A DNA stretch of 64,000 bases, from NCBI GenBank assembly GCA_023334545.1, contig JAADVB010000043.1, positions 1 to 64,000 of the forward strand, written 5' to 3'. The position numbers and the translations under genes are program-made. The notes beneath the pieces were generated by a model. The model ran no database searches. It was not told the origin of the DNA and saw nothing but the letters and a program-made list of their open reading frames with translations. This DNA is from Salisapilia sapeloensis CBS 127946 (lineage: Eukaryota > Protista > Oomycota). Within the stretch, counting starts at the first letter, position 1, and each line of letters begins with the position of its first letter. Positions 11,600 to 22,956 of the stretch are shown piece by piece.

Positions 11600-13149
11600 A
11601 TGTGTTCGGATTTAGACATGTCTGCGTCAAACATTCGTCGAAAGCAGATACCCACCCGTCCATCAACGGATGCGCCTCCTGTTTTAAGAAGGCTACATGT
11701 GAGTATTCCGGTAAAGAATGTCAGTCGAGTGACGGATATGATACCAGAGTCGCTTGAAGCGGTGCAGCATGAGTACGCGGTCTCGTACTTGGAAAAGTTG
11801 GGTGCTACCATCACACCAGAAAATATTGCGACGGTCTTGGCCAACGTCCCACTGGATAGGTGTCAGCTTTCAATTGATCGGAAATTGAATAGCAATGCCT
11901 ATTCCGAAGAGTTGAATATTAACTTGTACCCTCAACCTTTCAAGGACACGTGTGCACCGAAAAGTGACGACAACAATGAGTAGGCACCTTTTACACAATA
12001 GTAGTACTCTCTGTGCGTATGGTAACTTTACAACGCAGTAGTGAATATGCTATGAAAGATACACTTTCGAAAGAAGTAGTTAACGCACTCGAATCACCAC
12101 AGTTCAAAGTCGGCCACGTATCCATGACATTTGAAGATATGAAGCACAAATATTTGCTACCTTTTCGGACTGCTCACCAAGTAAATGAGACTTTTTTAGC
12201 CCAGTACGCTATGAAGACGGATGCCAAGATACTCCGAGAAGTTGTGACTGCTGATGAACTGCTTATCGAACGAGCAAGGCAGCGACAGCTTGAAAGGAAA
12301 AGGGATTGCAGCGTACCACCGACAGTAACAAGAGAAAGCGTCCAAAGTATCTTGACAAGCTTTTACGCGGTGCTACCCTTTGACGAACTGCAAATGACAC
12401 CTCTACTGCAGGCAGAGTTTCGACAACTTTTACTTTCCAAGGCAGCGATTCAAGTAGCTATCTCGATTGTCAATTATTGCTATACAGATGTGTTCCGGCC
12501 CATCGTATCCGGTACATGTAATAGTCCGAATAACGCTACTACGCATGGCCGTCTTTCGGTGATACTTGACCCATTTAACACCATCAAACGACGACACTGT
12601 CATCGAATTGAAGGTGTTAGGCTCTTTCTTCCTCTATTTGTGCTTGGAACTCGAATTTGCGTCGAAACGGTGCTTCGAAATACCTACCCGCTTAGCTTTG
12701 AACATGATAAAGAGGAGATGCTTGCAACTATGACAAGCGTCGATCGCACTATCTCTACCATTCTCGATCCAGGAGAGCATTTTCGACGCATAAGTGCACT
12801 AGAGAGCTCATGGGAATCCACTTTTGTAATGGCATCTTTTGAATACCAACGTGCCAAACGCAAAGAGAAACTTCAGGATAACTACTATCGAACAAGTGAA
12901 GCCGTGCAGCGGATGCTTCCACACCCTGTCGCTGGTCAATGTCGGAAGATCGTTGCTTGTAAAGGCGGGTCAGCGATTTCGCATTTCGCCCGGTTGCAGC
13001 AACACGAGACCATGTCATCGATACTGCCACCAGCGACGGTCCCACCACGTTCACCAAAGAAAAATGGCAGGGTGAGCGGATTGAAAGAGCAGCTAGAGCT
13101 ATTGAGGATTACAACTAAAAGCAAAACGAATCGAAGAAAGTGTTCGTAA
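11600..13149 (+). CDS. Hypothetical protein, two exons
   Basis: Intron 11980-12038 (GT-AG, phase 2) joins ORFs 11537 and 12013 in frame (...DNND/SEYAMK...). Globular-looking core; family not recognised. Confidence 0.6.
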
Positions 13150-13178
13150 GATGCTTGTTCTCTTACTACCCGATGGGC

Positions 13179-13628
13179 TTACTTTTCAGCCATGAGTTTA
13201 TCCCAAATAGCTTCGCTATCTTCGCGAAGCATCGCGACGAGGTCGCGACCTTGGGAAGTAATCCTTTCAGCGTCTTCGTCCAAAAAGGCTAAATGTGGAA
13301 TCGTTCGGACGTTAAAGGCAGCACCGAGCTTGGCACGCAGTACTTCCTCTTCAAATGGCACAGAGCAAAAGTCCATTTCTTTGTAGTACTCTTCGTAGGA
13401 CTCTGCCGTGCGGTCCGAGGGCACGAACACGACTTCCATATCCGGATGCGCCGCTTTTAACTCCTTATAAACCGAGTTAAAGATAGGCGTGAACTGGCGG
13501 CATGGCGGACACCAGCTCGCGCTGAAGTAGATGCCAACGAGCTTCTTGTTGTTCAGCACTTCCGTCGTCGCTTTGACACCGGCCTTGGTGCGAAGGACGT
13601 CTCCGAATAGTTTGGTCCAAGCGCTCAT
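13179..13628 (-). CDS. Nucleoredoxin/tryparedoxin-like thioredoxin, copy 1
   Basis: GIYFSASWCPPCRQFTP active site, EVVFVPSDR, FNVRTIPHL cis-Pro motif. ATG at 13628 (MSAWTKLFG) matches the starts of the paralogs. Confidence 0.92.
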   Translation of the reverse strand: MSAWTKLFGDVLRTKAGVKATTEVLNNKKLVGIYFSASWCPPCRQFTPIFNSVYKELKAAHPDMEVVFVPSDRTAESYEEYYKEMDFCSVPFEEEVLRAKLGAAFNVRTIPHLAFLDEDAERITSQGRDLVAMLREDSEAIWDKLMAEK

Positions 13629-13791
13629 GACTAATTCTCCAAATCCTGATGCAAACCTAGCTTGGTATAATTTTAAAATTGTGACGTTGTCAAAAGCAGA
13701 TGACTGATATGTCGATGTTAGCGTAAACGAGTCGTGTCGGTCCACTTACCAACAGCCATAAGCCGACTTTGATTCTACTAGCCAAACCATC

Positions 13792-14265
13792 ATGAATGCC
13801 CCGTGGAGCGAGATTTTAGGTGCCCAATTGCGCACCAAGAGCGGCGTTAAGCCTACGGACGAGGCTCTTGCCGGCAAGAAAATCGTCGGCATCTACTTCA
13901 GTGCGAGTTGGTGTCCACCGTGCCGTCAGTTCACACCAGTGTTGACGAGCATGTATGATGCTATGGTGCAGGCGCACCCGGACTTTGAGCTCGTGCTCGT
14001 GCCATCCGACCGTACGGCTGAAGCGTACGAGGAATACTATGCCAAAATGGGCTTTTGTTCCGTCCCGTTTGAAGATGAGGAGCGTCGTGCCATGTTGGGC
14101 CAAGCGATGCAAGTGGAAACTATCCCGAAACTCGTCTTCTTCGATGGTAACGTCAACATCATTGGCTCCAACGGCCGTGATGTCGTTGCGGCGCTGGAAG
14201 GTGATGCTGAAAAGGTGTGGGAAGTGCTCACGAATCAACCGACGGACAGCGAAGAGCAGCAATAA
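13792..14265 (+). CDS. Nucleoredoxin/tryparedoxin-like thioredoxin, copy 2
   Basis: GIYFSASWCPPCRQFTP, ELVLVPSDR, QVETIPKL. Confidence 0.92.
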   Translation: MNAPWSEILGAQLRTKSGVKPTDEALAGKKIVGIYFSASWCPPCRQFTPVLTSMYDAMVQAHPDFELVLVPSDRTAEAYEEYYAKMGFCSVPFEDEERRAMLGQAMQVETIPKLVFFDGNVNIIGSNGRDVVAALEGDAEKVWEVLTNQPTDSEEQQ

Positions 14266-14320
14266 GTACAAGTAACGCAAAATAGACTTGACATAGACGT
14301 GACAATTACACCCGACTCTC

Positions 14321-14332
14321 AGAGAGAGAGAG
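14321..14332. repeat. (AG)6 microsatellite between convergent nucleoredoxins
   Basis: agagagagagag read directly. Confidence 0.5.
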
Positions 14333-14389
14333 ATGTTCAAATGAGAATAAACTACTCGTGTGGAAAGAAATTCCTTGTATTTCAATCTT

Positions 14390-14836
14390 TTATGGAGAAC
14401 TGAGCTTGCTCCAGAGCGTTGGGCAGTCGCCATTGACCTCCACAACGAGGTTCCGTCCATCCTGCGTGATGATCTCGCCCGCTTCGTTGAGGAAAACAAG
14501 GTGTGGGATCGAACGGACGCCAAATTTCGCGCTGAGCTCCGCCTTGGTTTCACGGAACTCAAACGGAAGCGTAAGGAAAGACATCTTCTTGTAGTACTCC
14601 TCGTAGCTGTCTTCATCCCGATCGGCCGTGACAAAGATGATTTCAAATTCCGGATGCTCCTTGACCATTTTCTCATATGTTTCATTCAAAGTGGGGGTGA
14701 AGCCTCGGCACGGAGGGCACCAGCTCGCACTAAAGTATAGCCCGATCACTTTCTTCCCCGCCAAGAGCTCGGACGTGGACTTCTTGCCCTCCTTCGAGCG
14801 CAACGTGTCGCCTAGCATATCCTCGAACGCTCCCAT
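14390..14836 (-). CDS. Nucleoredoxin/tryparedoxin-like thioredoxin, copy 3
   Basis: GLYFSASWCPPCRGFTP, EIIFVTADR, FGVRSIPHL. First ATG at 14836 (MGAFEDMLG). Confidence 0.92.
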   Translation of the reverse strand: MGAFEDMLGDTLRSKEGKKSTSELLAGKKVIGLYFSASWCPPCRGFTPTLNETYEKMVKEHPEFEIIFVTADRDEDSYEEYYKKMSFLTLPFEFRETKAELSAKFGVRSIPHLVFLNEAGEIITQDGRNLVVEVNGDCPTLWSKLSSP

Positions 14837-14934
14837 CTTTCTTTTCTGTTTTGTGACAGGACGGACAGCCTGTCTAGTAGGACAAAGCACCAACAGTACA
14901 CACAAAAGAAAAGAAAGCGTCAACGGATCTTTTT

Positions 14935-15607
14935 CTATTCCTCTTTCGGTTCAGACGTCTCGGCGGATGCTTGGGTTTGTCGAGCACGCTTCTTAGTCAA
15001 GTGGCGGTTCAAACGCTTGCTTTCAGGATCAAACTCACGAAGCACGACCGTCAAGTGGCTGTACGGACGGTTTTCAATGCCAGTGTTGCCTTTGCCCATC
15101 GGGCGCATGCGCTTGAGGACAGATCCCTTGTTGACAAAGCACTCGGCAATTTCCAAGTTCGACGGTTCAATGTCATACCGAATATCGGCAAGGTTGACAG
15201 CGTTCTGGACCACCTTCCGAACAACTTCTGCCCGACGCTTACGAGAAAACTTCATCTGAGTCAGCGCGTTTTCAGCTGGTAGACCACGGATCTGGAATTA
15301 ATTTTAAATGCATAGGTCTATTGTCAATATCTTCCTCTTCTTTTTGTCTATTCATAAAGTTTACCTGCTGGGCCAAGTATGTGAGCTTCCGCGGACTGCC
15401 ACGAATGCCCTTCTTCATGGTTTTAATGATACGCGCATCGGCGGCACCAGTGGTTCCGAGGAAGGCGCTTACGGGCTCTTCACTCGCGTCCGAAACGTTG
15501 CTTGTCTCGGTTGCAAATGAAGCGCTCACGCCGGCGCGACTGGCCAGGGCGTTAGTAGTAGGACGCAGCGACAGCGTCGAGAGCTGCGTGCGGCATCGTG
15601 CCAACAT
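14935..15607 (-). CDS. MRPL22: Mitochondrial ribosomal protein uL22m, two exons
   Basis: Presequence-like N-terminus, KGIRGSPRKLTYLAQQ/IRGL joined by intron 15292-15364, then VQNAVNLA, ECFVNKG, YSHLTVVLRE; 199 aa. Confidence 0.9.
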
Positions 15608-15713
15608 GGTCCTAATGTGCGGTGGCTTTATGCGTTTGCCGTCCACGAAGTCAAAGCATACTTAATTCAAGATACAAGGTAGGTACATGATTCGATAAAA
15701 TGCAATGCATTAT

Positions 15714-15723
15714 GGCCAATCAG
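15714..15723 (+). promoter_or_regulatory. CCAAT box (NF-Y consensus) about 110 bp upstream of MRPL22
   Basis: GGCCAATCAG matches RRCCAATSR at a typical distance. Function is inferred only. Confidence 0.4.
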
Positions 15724-16262
15724 AACATTAACAATGCTTGTGATGTACTTTGGTATTTGTTTTATAGGTTCGCTATCTACATGCATTTGTGCTTTTATAA
15801 ACAACTATTTAAATTGATAAGTTGCTTAGATACCATACAGTAAGGCGAGTGATTTCTCGCGAATGTGGTATAAATTAATGCATGACGACTACGCACCAGA
15901 TTTCCATCGTCTTGGTTTCGAGTCGCTCCTACGCTGTTTTCTGGCACTCCACCGAATAGAATCAATGTTTTCCTCATAGTGTTTGTGTACATGAAGCACG
16001 GTTTAAACGATTTTTGCTGTCATAGTATCTAGAATGAAGCGCACTGCAAGAACAAACAATTTTATCATTAAACAGTTAATTAAAGCTCTATTTTTTATCG
16101 TGCTTTCGGTACGAACGACTTTAGTAGTTTAAGCGTAAGTCCGCCGTCCAAACGCACTCATATCGACCATCCTGATCAGCAGGATTGGCACCGTGTCATG
16201 CTTTAAAATCAAAAGAAAAGTTGATAACCATTCAGTTCGACAGCGAGTGGTCACATCTTGAT

Positions 16263-18200
16263 TTACTCATCCATACCCTTGACCAGGGATCGGAAGCATG
16301 GTAAACATAAACAAACGTTGACTTCCGCCATTTTGCACTCATAAATAAGATAAGGGAGTGTATCGGCAAAGTCTCGAGTTGTACGGTTGCTATCTGCAAC
16401 TATACCGAATAGTGTACGCAGACTCCTGGTGCTTGCGCTTTCGTCGGACACGTACGACCCTCAACACACGTGCCGTAGTTGACACAAAAGTAGGTCTAAA
16501 ATAACCGACATATGATGAGCATACCGTAACCCACGTGTAATAAATACCTCTGCCCATAGCTTCCGCCTGCAAAGCGTACAACCAATTGATCAGGCGAAGT
16601 CCAGTGTATACGACTACAATCCAGACAAACGATGAAAATACCAGTAAGCACGAGTTGGCTTCTGTAAGCACCAAATATCGGTTAGTCCATCTCGAACGTG
16701 TTCCTCTATTACGGAGAAGTACAACGGAGATGGAGCAGCCCATACCTTCCACATTTCTGAGCCGCCTTCTTGACTGGTGCCAGCCGCGAACACCAAGGCC
16801 ATCGTGCTCGCATAGCTCTACTTTAGCCTCACTGACCATAATTTCTCGTCCTCATACACTTTCACGCATGCCATAAATACCGCTGCACACACTTGAGACG
16901 ATAGCAATGCTTCACAATTTTTACCAAACGCAAAGCTTCGTATTTCCCGAGGTTTGCAAGTGCATCAAACAATTTTCGCTTTATCGAGTACGGAAATCAC
17001 TTGAATGGGCATTTCGATCGCTTCCTTAGATCCTACGAAGCATTTTACGACCTATTTACAAATCAAGTGAGCAAATAGTTTTCCTGAGCGTAGTTTCACT
17101 TTACCTCCGGACGTTATACGCGAGCTCTCCTTTTTAAATCGCTTCTCGAGTTATTTCTACCCGTTCCTCTGGTCCAATTCTGAATTAGGCAAAAATGAAT
17201 GGTCGTGCTCATCCTTCTTCATTTACCATTCTTCGTATGAGCGATTGTATCACGTCGCTTGTTCCTGACATCACAACGGAAGCCTGTTACGTCATGTCTG
17301 CTGTTCGATTCATCAGAACAATACACCGCCTGCTTGTCAAGTGGTCCACTCGCATGTCTCTCATATGTCTCCAACGACAATCCTTGTCGATCAATGATAT
17401 CCTCGAAACGCCGTCTTTTAAAACGACTTAATATTCATGACAGAGGTCATTGACGATCCACCAACAGCTTGTATCGCTCCCATCTCTTGTCATCCAGTCC
17501 AAAAATCATTCCAAGCCCTTCCATGCTAGCCAAATACTGCTTGTCCCGACCGTAGAAGCGCAAACGTCCACTGCCAACACGCTCCCAAAACCCGGTATGC
17601 CAGGTTAAAAGCTCTTACTCATCTTCCCATTCCCTGCTTGAAGATGCGTCTGGAATATTTTTATGGCCCACTTTTTATGCCAACATCGAAGCTCATGGCG
17701 ATTCCGGCGATTGTTCAATTGTCTTGTGGAAGGCATTGAAGCCATATTTCCACTCTTCTCTTCCCTAAAACTTGGAGAAGACCTTGCTCCTGTTTAGCCT
17801 CGAATCCACTATCCCGCGACAGCAGAAAAAGCAGCTGAAGGTTATAATTAGACGACCATAATGTAGGTCTCATTTTTCACCGAGCATGCATGATGGGATG
17901 CAGATAGTCAGATCGGCCGGCAGAAATGCCGCTTCGTGACCTCCTTGTCCTTGCTTCCTTCCAAAAAGCGCTTCCTAAAAAGTATCGATTCCATTCTTCC
18001 GTTCCTGCTGCGCTCCACAGCATCTTCTGGTATTTCCCCCTGATTTATACGAGCAGAACATACCCGACCGTACCGTGTATCAGCGTCGGATCGCCACTTC
18101 CTTGTCCAGGTTTCCATGAAGTCGACGGACGAAGCGTTAACTGCGTTGAAAAGTCGTTTGACCGGCGCTTCGTCACACCGCTCCTTTTTTCGTGACAGTC
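16263..18200 (-). CDS. Probable intron-rich gene, structure unresolved
   Basis: Protein-like segments bounded by splice signals on the minus strand (e.g. GRLRFYGRDKQYLASMEGLGMIFGLDDKRWERYKL; AEAMGRGIYYTWVT). No complete model; boundaries approximate. Confidence 0.3.
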
Positions 18201-18679
18201 ATCACGTCTTTTGCACATTAGCACGACCACCGTTCGCCTTTGCAAATTTAGAAGACAAAATTGCTCTCTCCCTAATTTACAAGGTTAGAAATTGGACTAC
18301 TAATTGCTTATCTATGCACCATTCGGACGGAGAACATACCTAGGTGAAGTGTAAATACATCATTCGAGCGCTGCAATAATTGCCATTCGGGGACATCGAC
18401 GTGTCGCTTCCGCGCGAGTTATGAAAGGAAGCGAAGTAATGGCAGGGAGAGCTGGGGCAAGGTAGATGAGTTAGGATCCAGGAGCCATAATGCCTCGTCA
18501 CATGCCGACCACCGTTTGAAGTTTAGTACCACTCGCCTTCCGGAGTACTTGCACATGTGTACTCAGCCTTCTCTTTCTTTAGTCGCAAACGAAGAAATCC
18601 GCGCCATGATAAGTCCATTTAAAGTCGCATGCATTCCGCAACACACAAAATTCTCGAGTTTCCATGTGTCCTGTACACA

Positions 18680-19110
18680 AGCACACAGGAACACCGCTCG
18701 ATATCTTGGACTATGCACGAAATCCACGGATGCAAGGACGGCACTTACTGAAGGACGACGACGCATTCTCTACACTCAGCCGTTGCCATGATTAGAGAAT
18801 AGGATTCATGATTATCATATTGATATAGGTTACCATTGCCAAGTCGGTCATAGTCATTCGCGGTGCCCTGTGCACTCATACTCCCTTCTCATAACCCAAT
18901 GTGTGCATGAAGGCTATATGAGCTTGGAGGAATGGCTGGTCAAATTCCATTCTGACATGCACATCTATCCGTGAGCAGTCACATAGATATGCAGTATCAA
19001 GTACTATAAGACTACACTCGATGTAAAGAAAAGCATGACCAAGTACGTTTCATGCATGATGGCTGACTGCAGAAGAATGAATAAAAGAGATCGAGAAAGG
19101 TCTAGATGAT
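18680..19110 (+). CDS. Probable small exons of an unresolved gene
   Basis: Segments GTPLDILDYARNPRMQGRHLLKDDD, HEGYMSLEEWLVKFHSDMHIY and IKYYKTTLDVKKSMT can be linked by GT-AG introns, but the joins are not unique. Confidence 0.25.
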
Positions 19111-20058
19111 GGAAAACCAGAATTAGTGCCATCTACTGACACTTTAAGATTTATGCTAGGATTTGTGAACGCACAGTCTCCAGAGAATGCATTGCGATTC
19201 ATCGACTTGCGAACTGATGTGTGACTGGCGACGACGCCATCAGAGACTTCACATCGGGGGACGTTGGTGTTTGAAAAGATCGTGATATAACGGGTATCAA
19301 GTCCAGTCTGGCGGGCAAATATCTTGTCTTTTGTATAGAAGCTGCTCTCGGACTGGACTACGACTGTGCACCATGATGAAGCTTCCTGCACACGTTTAAA
19401 AGCTTCAAAGCAAGATTTTCCTACCGTGGTGATATTGAGGGAACAGTGTCCAAGTAAGACGCATCCTGTTCCGCCCAAATGATGAACGACTTGAAATGTA
19501 TGGTAACTTCGCGCACACTGATGAAATGCTCGCTGCTCTCAATGCACCCTCGCAAAGACACGATGGGCAGAACAACGCTCCTACTATCCATCCATTTGGC
19601 GCCGTAAAGTTTACAAAACACATCGAAATTAAAGACTGATTTTTCTCCCTCCTACGTTTCCCGTTGATCGCCACGTCCGTCAAGTTTCGTCTTGATAAAC
19701 CTTGAATACATACAGCCTTGCAAGCTCACAAGAAGACGTTGAATCTGTTACTTTGCCTTGTCTTTATCTTAGAAGCAATGCACATCTAGAATGGAAGGAA
19801 ACAAATAAAGCAAGTAGATGTAAACGATGTATATAATCGATCGAAAATGAAAACAAGACCTAGTCTACTGCCTCCCAACGGGCTAAGTAGGTATCTGTGC
19901 TGCTTTGAGAAAGGTTAGATATGCAAGGATGCAATGAACTAATAGTTGGCGTATTTAGCAAAGCACACTGGTTTGCAACTTGACTTGAACGTGGACGCAC
20001 CTCGCGTAGTCATAAATTTCAGCTCGTCTCCGTCCAAGTGCTCAATTAGTGAACGATC

Positions 20059-21372
20059 CTAATCCTCGGTCGAACCGTTGGAGCTACTAGTCTCCGACCT
20101 ACCGTAGTCTTGGAGGCCCATGACACGTAAATGATACGAACACATATCGTTTCGTCGACACGGGCCGCCACAGTTATGGACAGAGCATCGCTTTCCTCCA
20201 CCGTGGTAAGCGCACAAACCACCTCCGCGGTCATTTCGGGAGCAACCTTCCACGGAACAGAAGCGAGATCCGCCATGTAAGGCACAGTACGGTCCCCTCT
20301 GCGTCCCCTTGTCACACCCAGAGTGCGCGCATCGCTTCCCTCCCCCATGCAGGCGACAGTACCCACCTCCTTGGGAACTCTTGCAGCATCCATGCTTCTT
20401 GCAGCGACGACCGCCTCCATGCGCTTTGCACAGCGAGTTCGTCTGCGCCGCCTTGTCACATCCTTCGATGTTGCATCGCTTTCCGCCACCATGCTTGATG
20501 CACCGGTCGTTTCCTTGGCTACTCTTCTCACAGCCATCGACACTGCAACGTTTCCCTCCGCCATGCGAGATGCAGTGGCCTTTCGACCGAGCTCGTTTTA
20601 TGCATCCAGGGATATTGCACAGTCTACGTATGCGCTTCGGACGCTTCAAAGCTTTCTTTGGAGTTGCCTTCGAGTGGACTGTTGGCGATGCACTCGAAGA
20701 CACTGTAGAAGTCGTGGAGGATGGGGAAGTCCCTTGTTTGGCCGGAAGTATAGAATCATCTAATTGATCGGCGATGTCTTGTTCACGCAGGAAATCGTCA
20801 CCGACTTCGTTCAACAGCTCTGTGATCGCTGCATCCGAGTGACTACCTTCCAGCACATCCGGCTGTGGTGGCAATGTCGTGCCCACATCTACGTGCGGAT
20901 CACAGAATGGTTCAAAGAGATCAGCGTTCATCTCGCTTTGTGTCTGGCCTATAGCTTGTTTCGTATCTTGATGAAAGTATGTCGTAGTAGTCTTTGAAAT
21001 GACTCCTACGTCCCGCAAGGAGGGCTCTGTCTTTGGACTTGTGCTGGCAGTCGACTCCATGGACGGCCAATCGTATTTGGCTGAAAATTTTTGCTTGCCT
21101 CCTTCGGCCGCCGGCATATGCCAGATTGGAACTTTTGAGACCATTTCGTTCAAGTTCAGGCTCTCGCCCTCACAACTCGTCGAAGGTACAGCTTGGAGGT
21201 TCATTTGGACCGCCGAGCGATCCTTCTGATCACCCCTATCACGCCCACCGGGCGTCCGCACGGCGAAAGCCTGGAGGAGCTGATCAAGGGTCTCGAGGTC
21301 GTTTTCGACCGTCGTAGGTTGGATCGTATCGGGGTGGTGAGTGGAAGGCGTGATCATAGTTCGTGAAACCAT
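20059..21372 (-). CDS. C-x4-C-x9-C-x2-H(GGG) zinc-repeat protein (WRKY19-like repeat; no WRKY domain)
   Basis: Seven tandem units of about 24 aa, e.g. CSVDGCEKSSQGNDRCIKHGGGKR, after a low-complexity acidic N-terminus. Confidence 0.85.
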   Translation of the reverse strand: MVSRTMITPSTHHPDTIQPTTVENDLETLDQLLQAFAVRTPGGRDRGDQKDRSAVQMNLQAVPSTSCEGESLNLNEMVSKVPIWHMPAAEGGKQKFSAKYDWPSMESTASTSPKTEPSLRDVGVISKTTTTYFHQDTKQAIGQTQSEMNADLFEPFCDPHVDVGTTLPPQPDVLEGSHSDAAITELLNEVGDDFLREQDIADQLDDSILPAKQGTSPSSTTSTVSSSASPTVHSKATPKKALKRPKRIRRLCNIPGCIKRARSKGHCISHGGGKRCSVDGCEKSSQGNDRCIKHGGGKRCNIEGCDKAAQTNSLCKAHGGGRRCKKHGCCKSSQGGGYCRLHGGGKRCAHSGCDKGTQRGPYCALHGGSRFCSVEGCSRNDRGGGLCAYHGGGKRCSVHNCGGPCRRNDMCSYHLRVMGLQDYGRSETSSSNGSTED

Positions 21373-22626
21373 GGGTCGTCAGCGAAATGGAAAGTCTTCC
21401 GCGCTGCGCAGATGTAAGACTGACCACCTTTATGTGGCGAGGTTGCGAAGTGAAACACTTCTTGTTCTACCGGCTGGTTTCGAAAGGGTAGGGCTCGGAA
21501 GGACAGAGCAGTTTACAGGGAGCCAAGTTTCGTTCCAACGAGATGATCGACCTTGTATCCGCCGTTTCTTTGCATTACATGTGCAGACTTTTCCCTACGT
21601 TTTCGATAAGTATGCCGTGCCGTGAGAACATGGGCCTCATATGGACAAAAGTGCTGGCTGATCTCGCTGCTTTGACGCTGGTGCAAGTTTCCATACCGAC
21701 CGAACGGGAGCGAGCATTCGAAAGATTACTTCATGGATGCACCCTGCATTCAAGCCAGGATCATCTGATTACTTTCCTCACGCACTTGCCCTAGGATGTG
21801 ATCTCTCTTCGAGCGTAGCTGTTCATTTGCTTTCACGTCCAATACGATAGCATGACATCGATCCTGTCGTGCGTAAGGTCCACGTCGAAAACAAATCGAA
21901 CAAACATAGCAAGGTCATCATGTTGGATTCACAGGCTGCACTGGTTTATGAATGGAGCAGTATTGACAGATGCAGCTGCGTTTCCCTCGTTACGAGGCAT
22001 TCGCTGGCATTATCCTGTCTGAACCTGCTCTAACGCCTTGCGACCTCCGCATTATGACTAGGCTCGCGGTACTAGGAGCATCCAGTGTCTATATCTTTAC
22101 AAGGCAAAGGGATTAAATTCTCGGCAGAATTTACAGATACTGACGGACCATGATCAGTGGTATTGATGAAAATTTTGCTCAACTCATTGACCGTCGTCAA
22201 CAAACTGGCGTTTATTGTTTCTGTCGATGGGTACCGATCCCATCTGCACTAGTTTTCGTTGCTACGAAGGTAGACGTAGACACTAGTGTCCTTGTGAACC
22301 ACCCTGACATCCATGGACTTCATCGTATAAGGCATGATCATTATCCGTAGCTACAACTGGGCGTCGACTGCACTACGTTCTTAAAGATACATGTATACGT
22401 GTTTGACATGTACAAGCACGCTCCATTCGTTTTATCTCGCTCGTCATTGCAATCGTTCTTGTTTCATAGTACAAGGAATAGCTCTTGTACTTGGTAGCAA
22501 CTTTCCTTGTCTCTTTCTGTTCTTTAAAATTCGTGGCAATGTCGAGCAGAATTACTGAAAATGGCGCACCAAGCTCTAGTCCATAACGTAATTCACCAGT
22601 GACCGACAAAGCACTTGTTCATCCCG

Positions 22627-22956
22627 ATGAAGTTTAACATTGCTGTTTCGCTCCTCTGGCTTTGCGCCATCTTCGCCCGTGTTGACTTGGCTGATTCTGC
22701 AATCTACGTTGTCCCTCTCCGCTCTGAAAGCACTGGCGACACACACGGTATGAATCATCACCGTGCAATGGCTACTTGGCGACTAATCTTATGGCATGTA
22801 GATTCAAACCAAGGGATCTTTGGTTGGATCCGCAAAAACACCCCATTCATTATTAAAAATGTTGTAGTGCCGATCCTTAATCAAGCGAGAGTAGCTCCAC
22901 TGGTTGGTAGCCATACAAATCCACCACCCAAACCGCGCCTTTTTGGCCCAACTTAG
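22627..22956 (+). CDS. Small secreted protein; reading frame continues past its TAG stop to 23217
   Basis: Signal peptide MKFNIAVSLLWLCAIFA. Candidate in-frame 54-nt intron 22748-22801 (GTATGA...CTAAT...TAG). ORF 22975-23217 is in the same frame after TAG 22954-22956. Confidence 0.6.
   Translation: MKFNIAVSLLWLCAIFARVDLADSAIYVVPLRSESTGDTHGMNHHRAMATWRLILWHVDSNQGIFGWIRKNTPFIIKNVVVPILNQARVAPLVGSHTNPPPKPRLFGPT

Noticed and set aside
13816-14685. 289-aa minus ORF spanning two nucleoredoxins
   Set aside because: It is an off-frame reading of copy 3 plus the antisense of copy 2, with no coherent protein signature.
14836-14923. Hydrophobic N-terminal extension on nucleoredoxin 3 suggesting a signal peptide
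   Set aside because: It begins at TTG rather than ATG, and the paralog alignment places the start at MGAF (14836).
16390-16839. PH-domain-like string RGTRSRWTNRYLVLTEANSCLLVFSS
   Set aside because: The rest of a PH fold is not evident, and overlapping frames give equally plausible exons.
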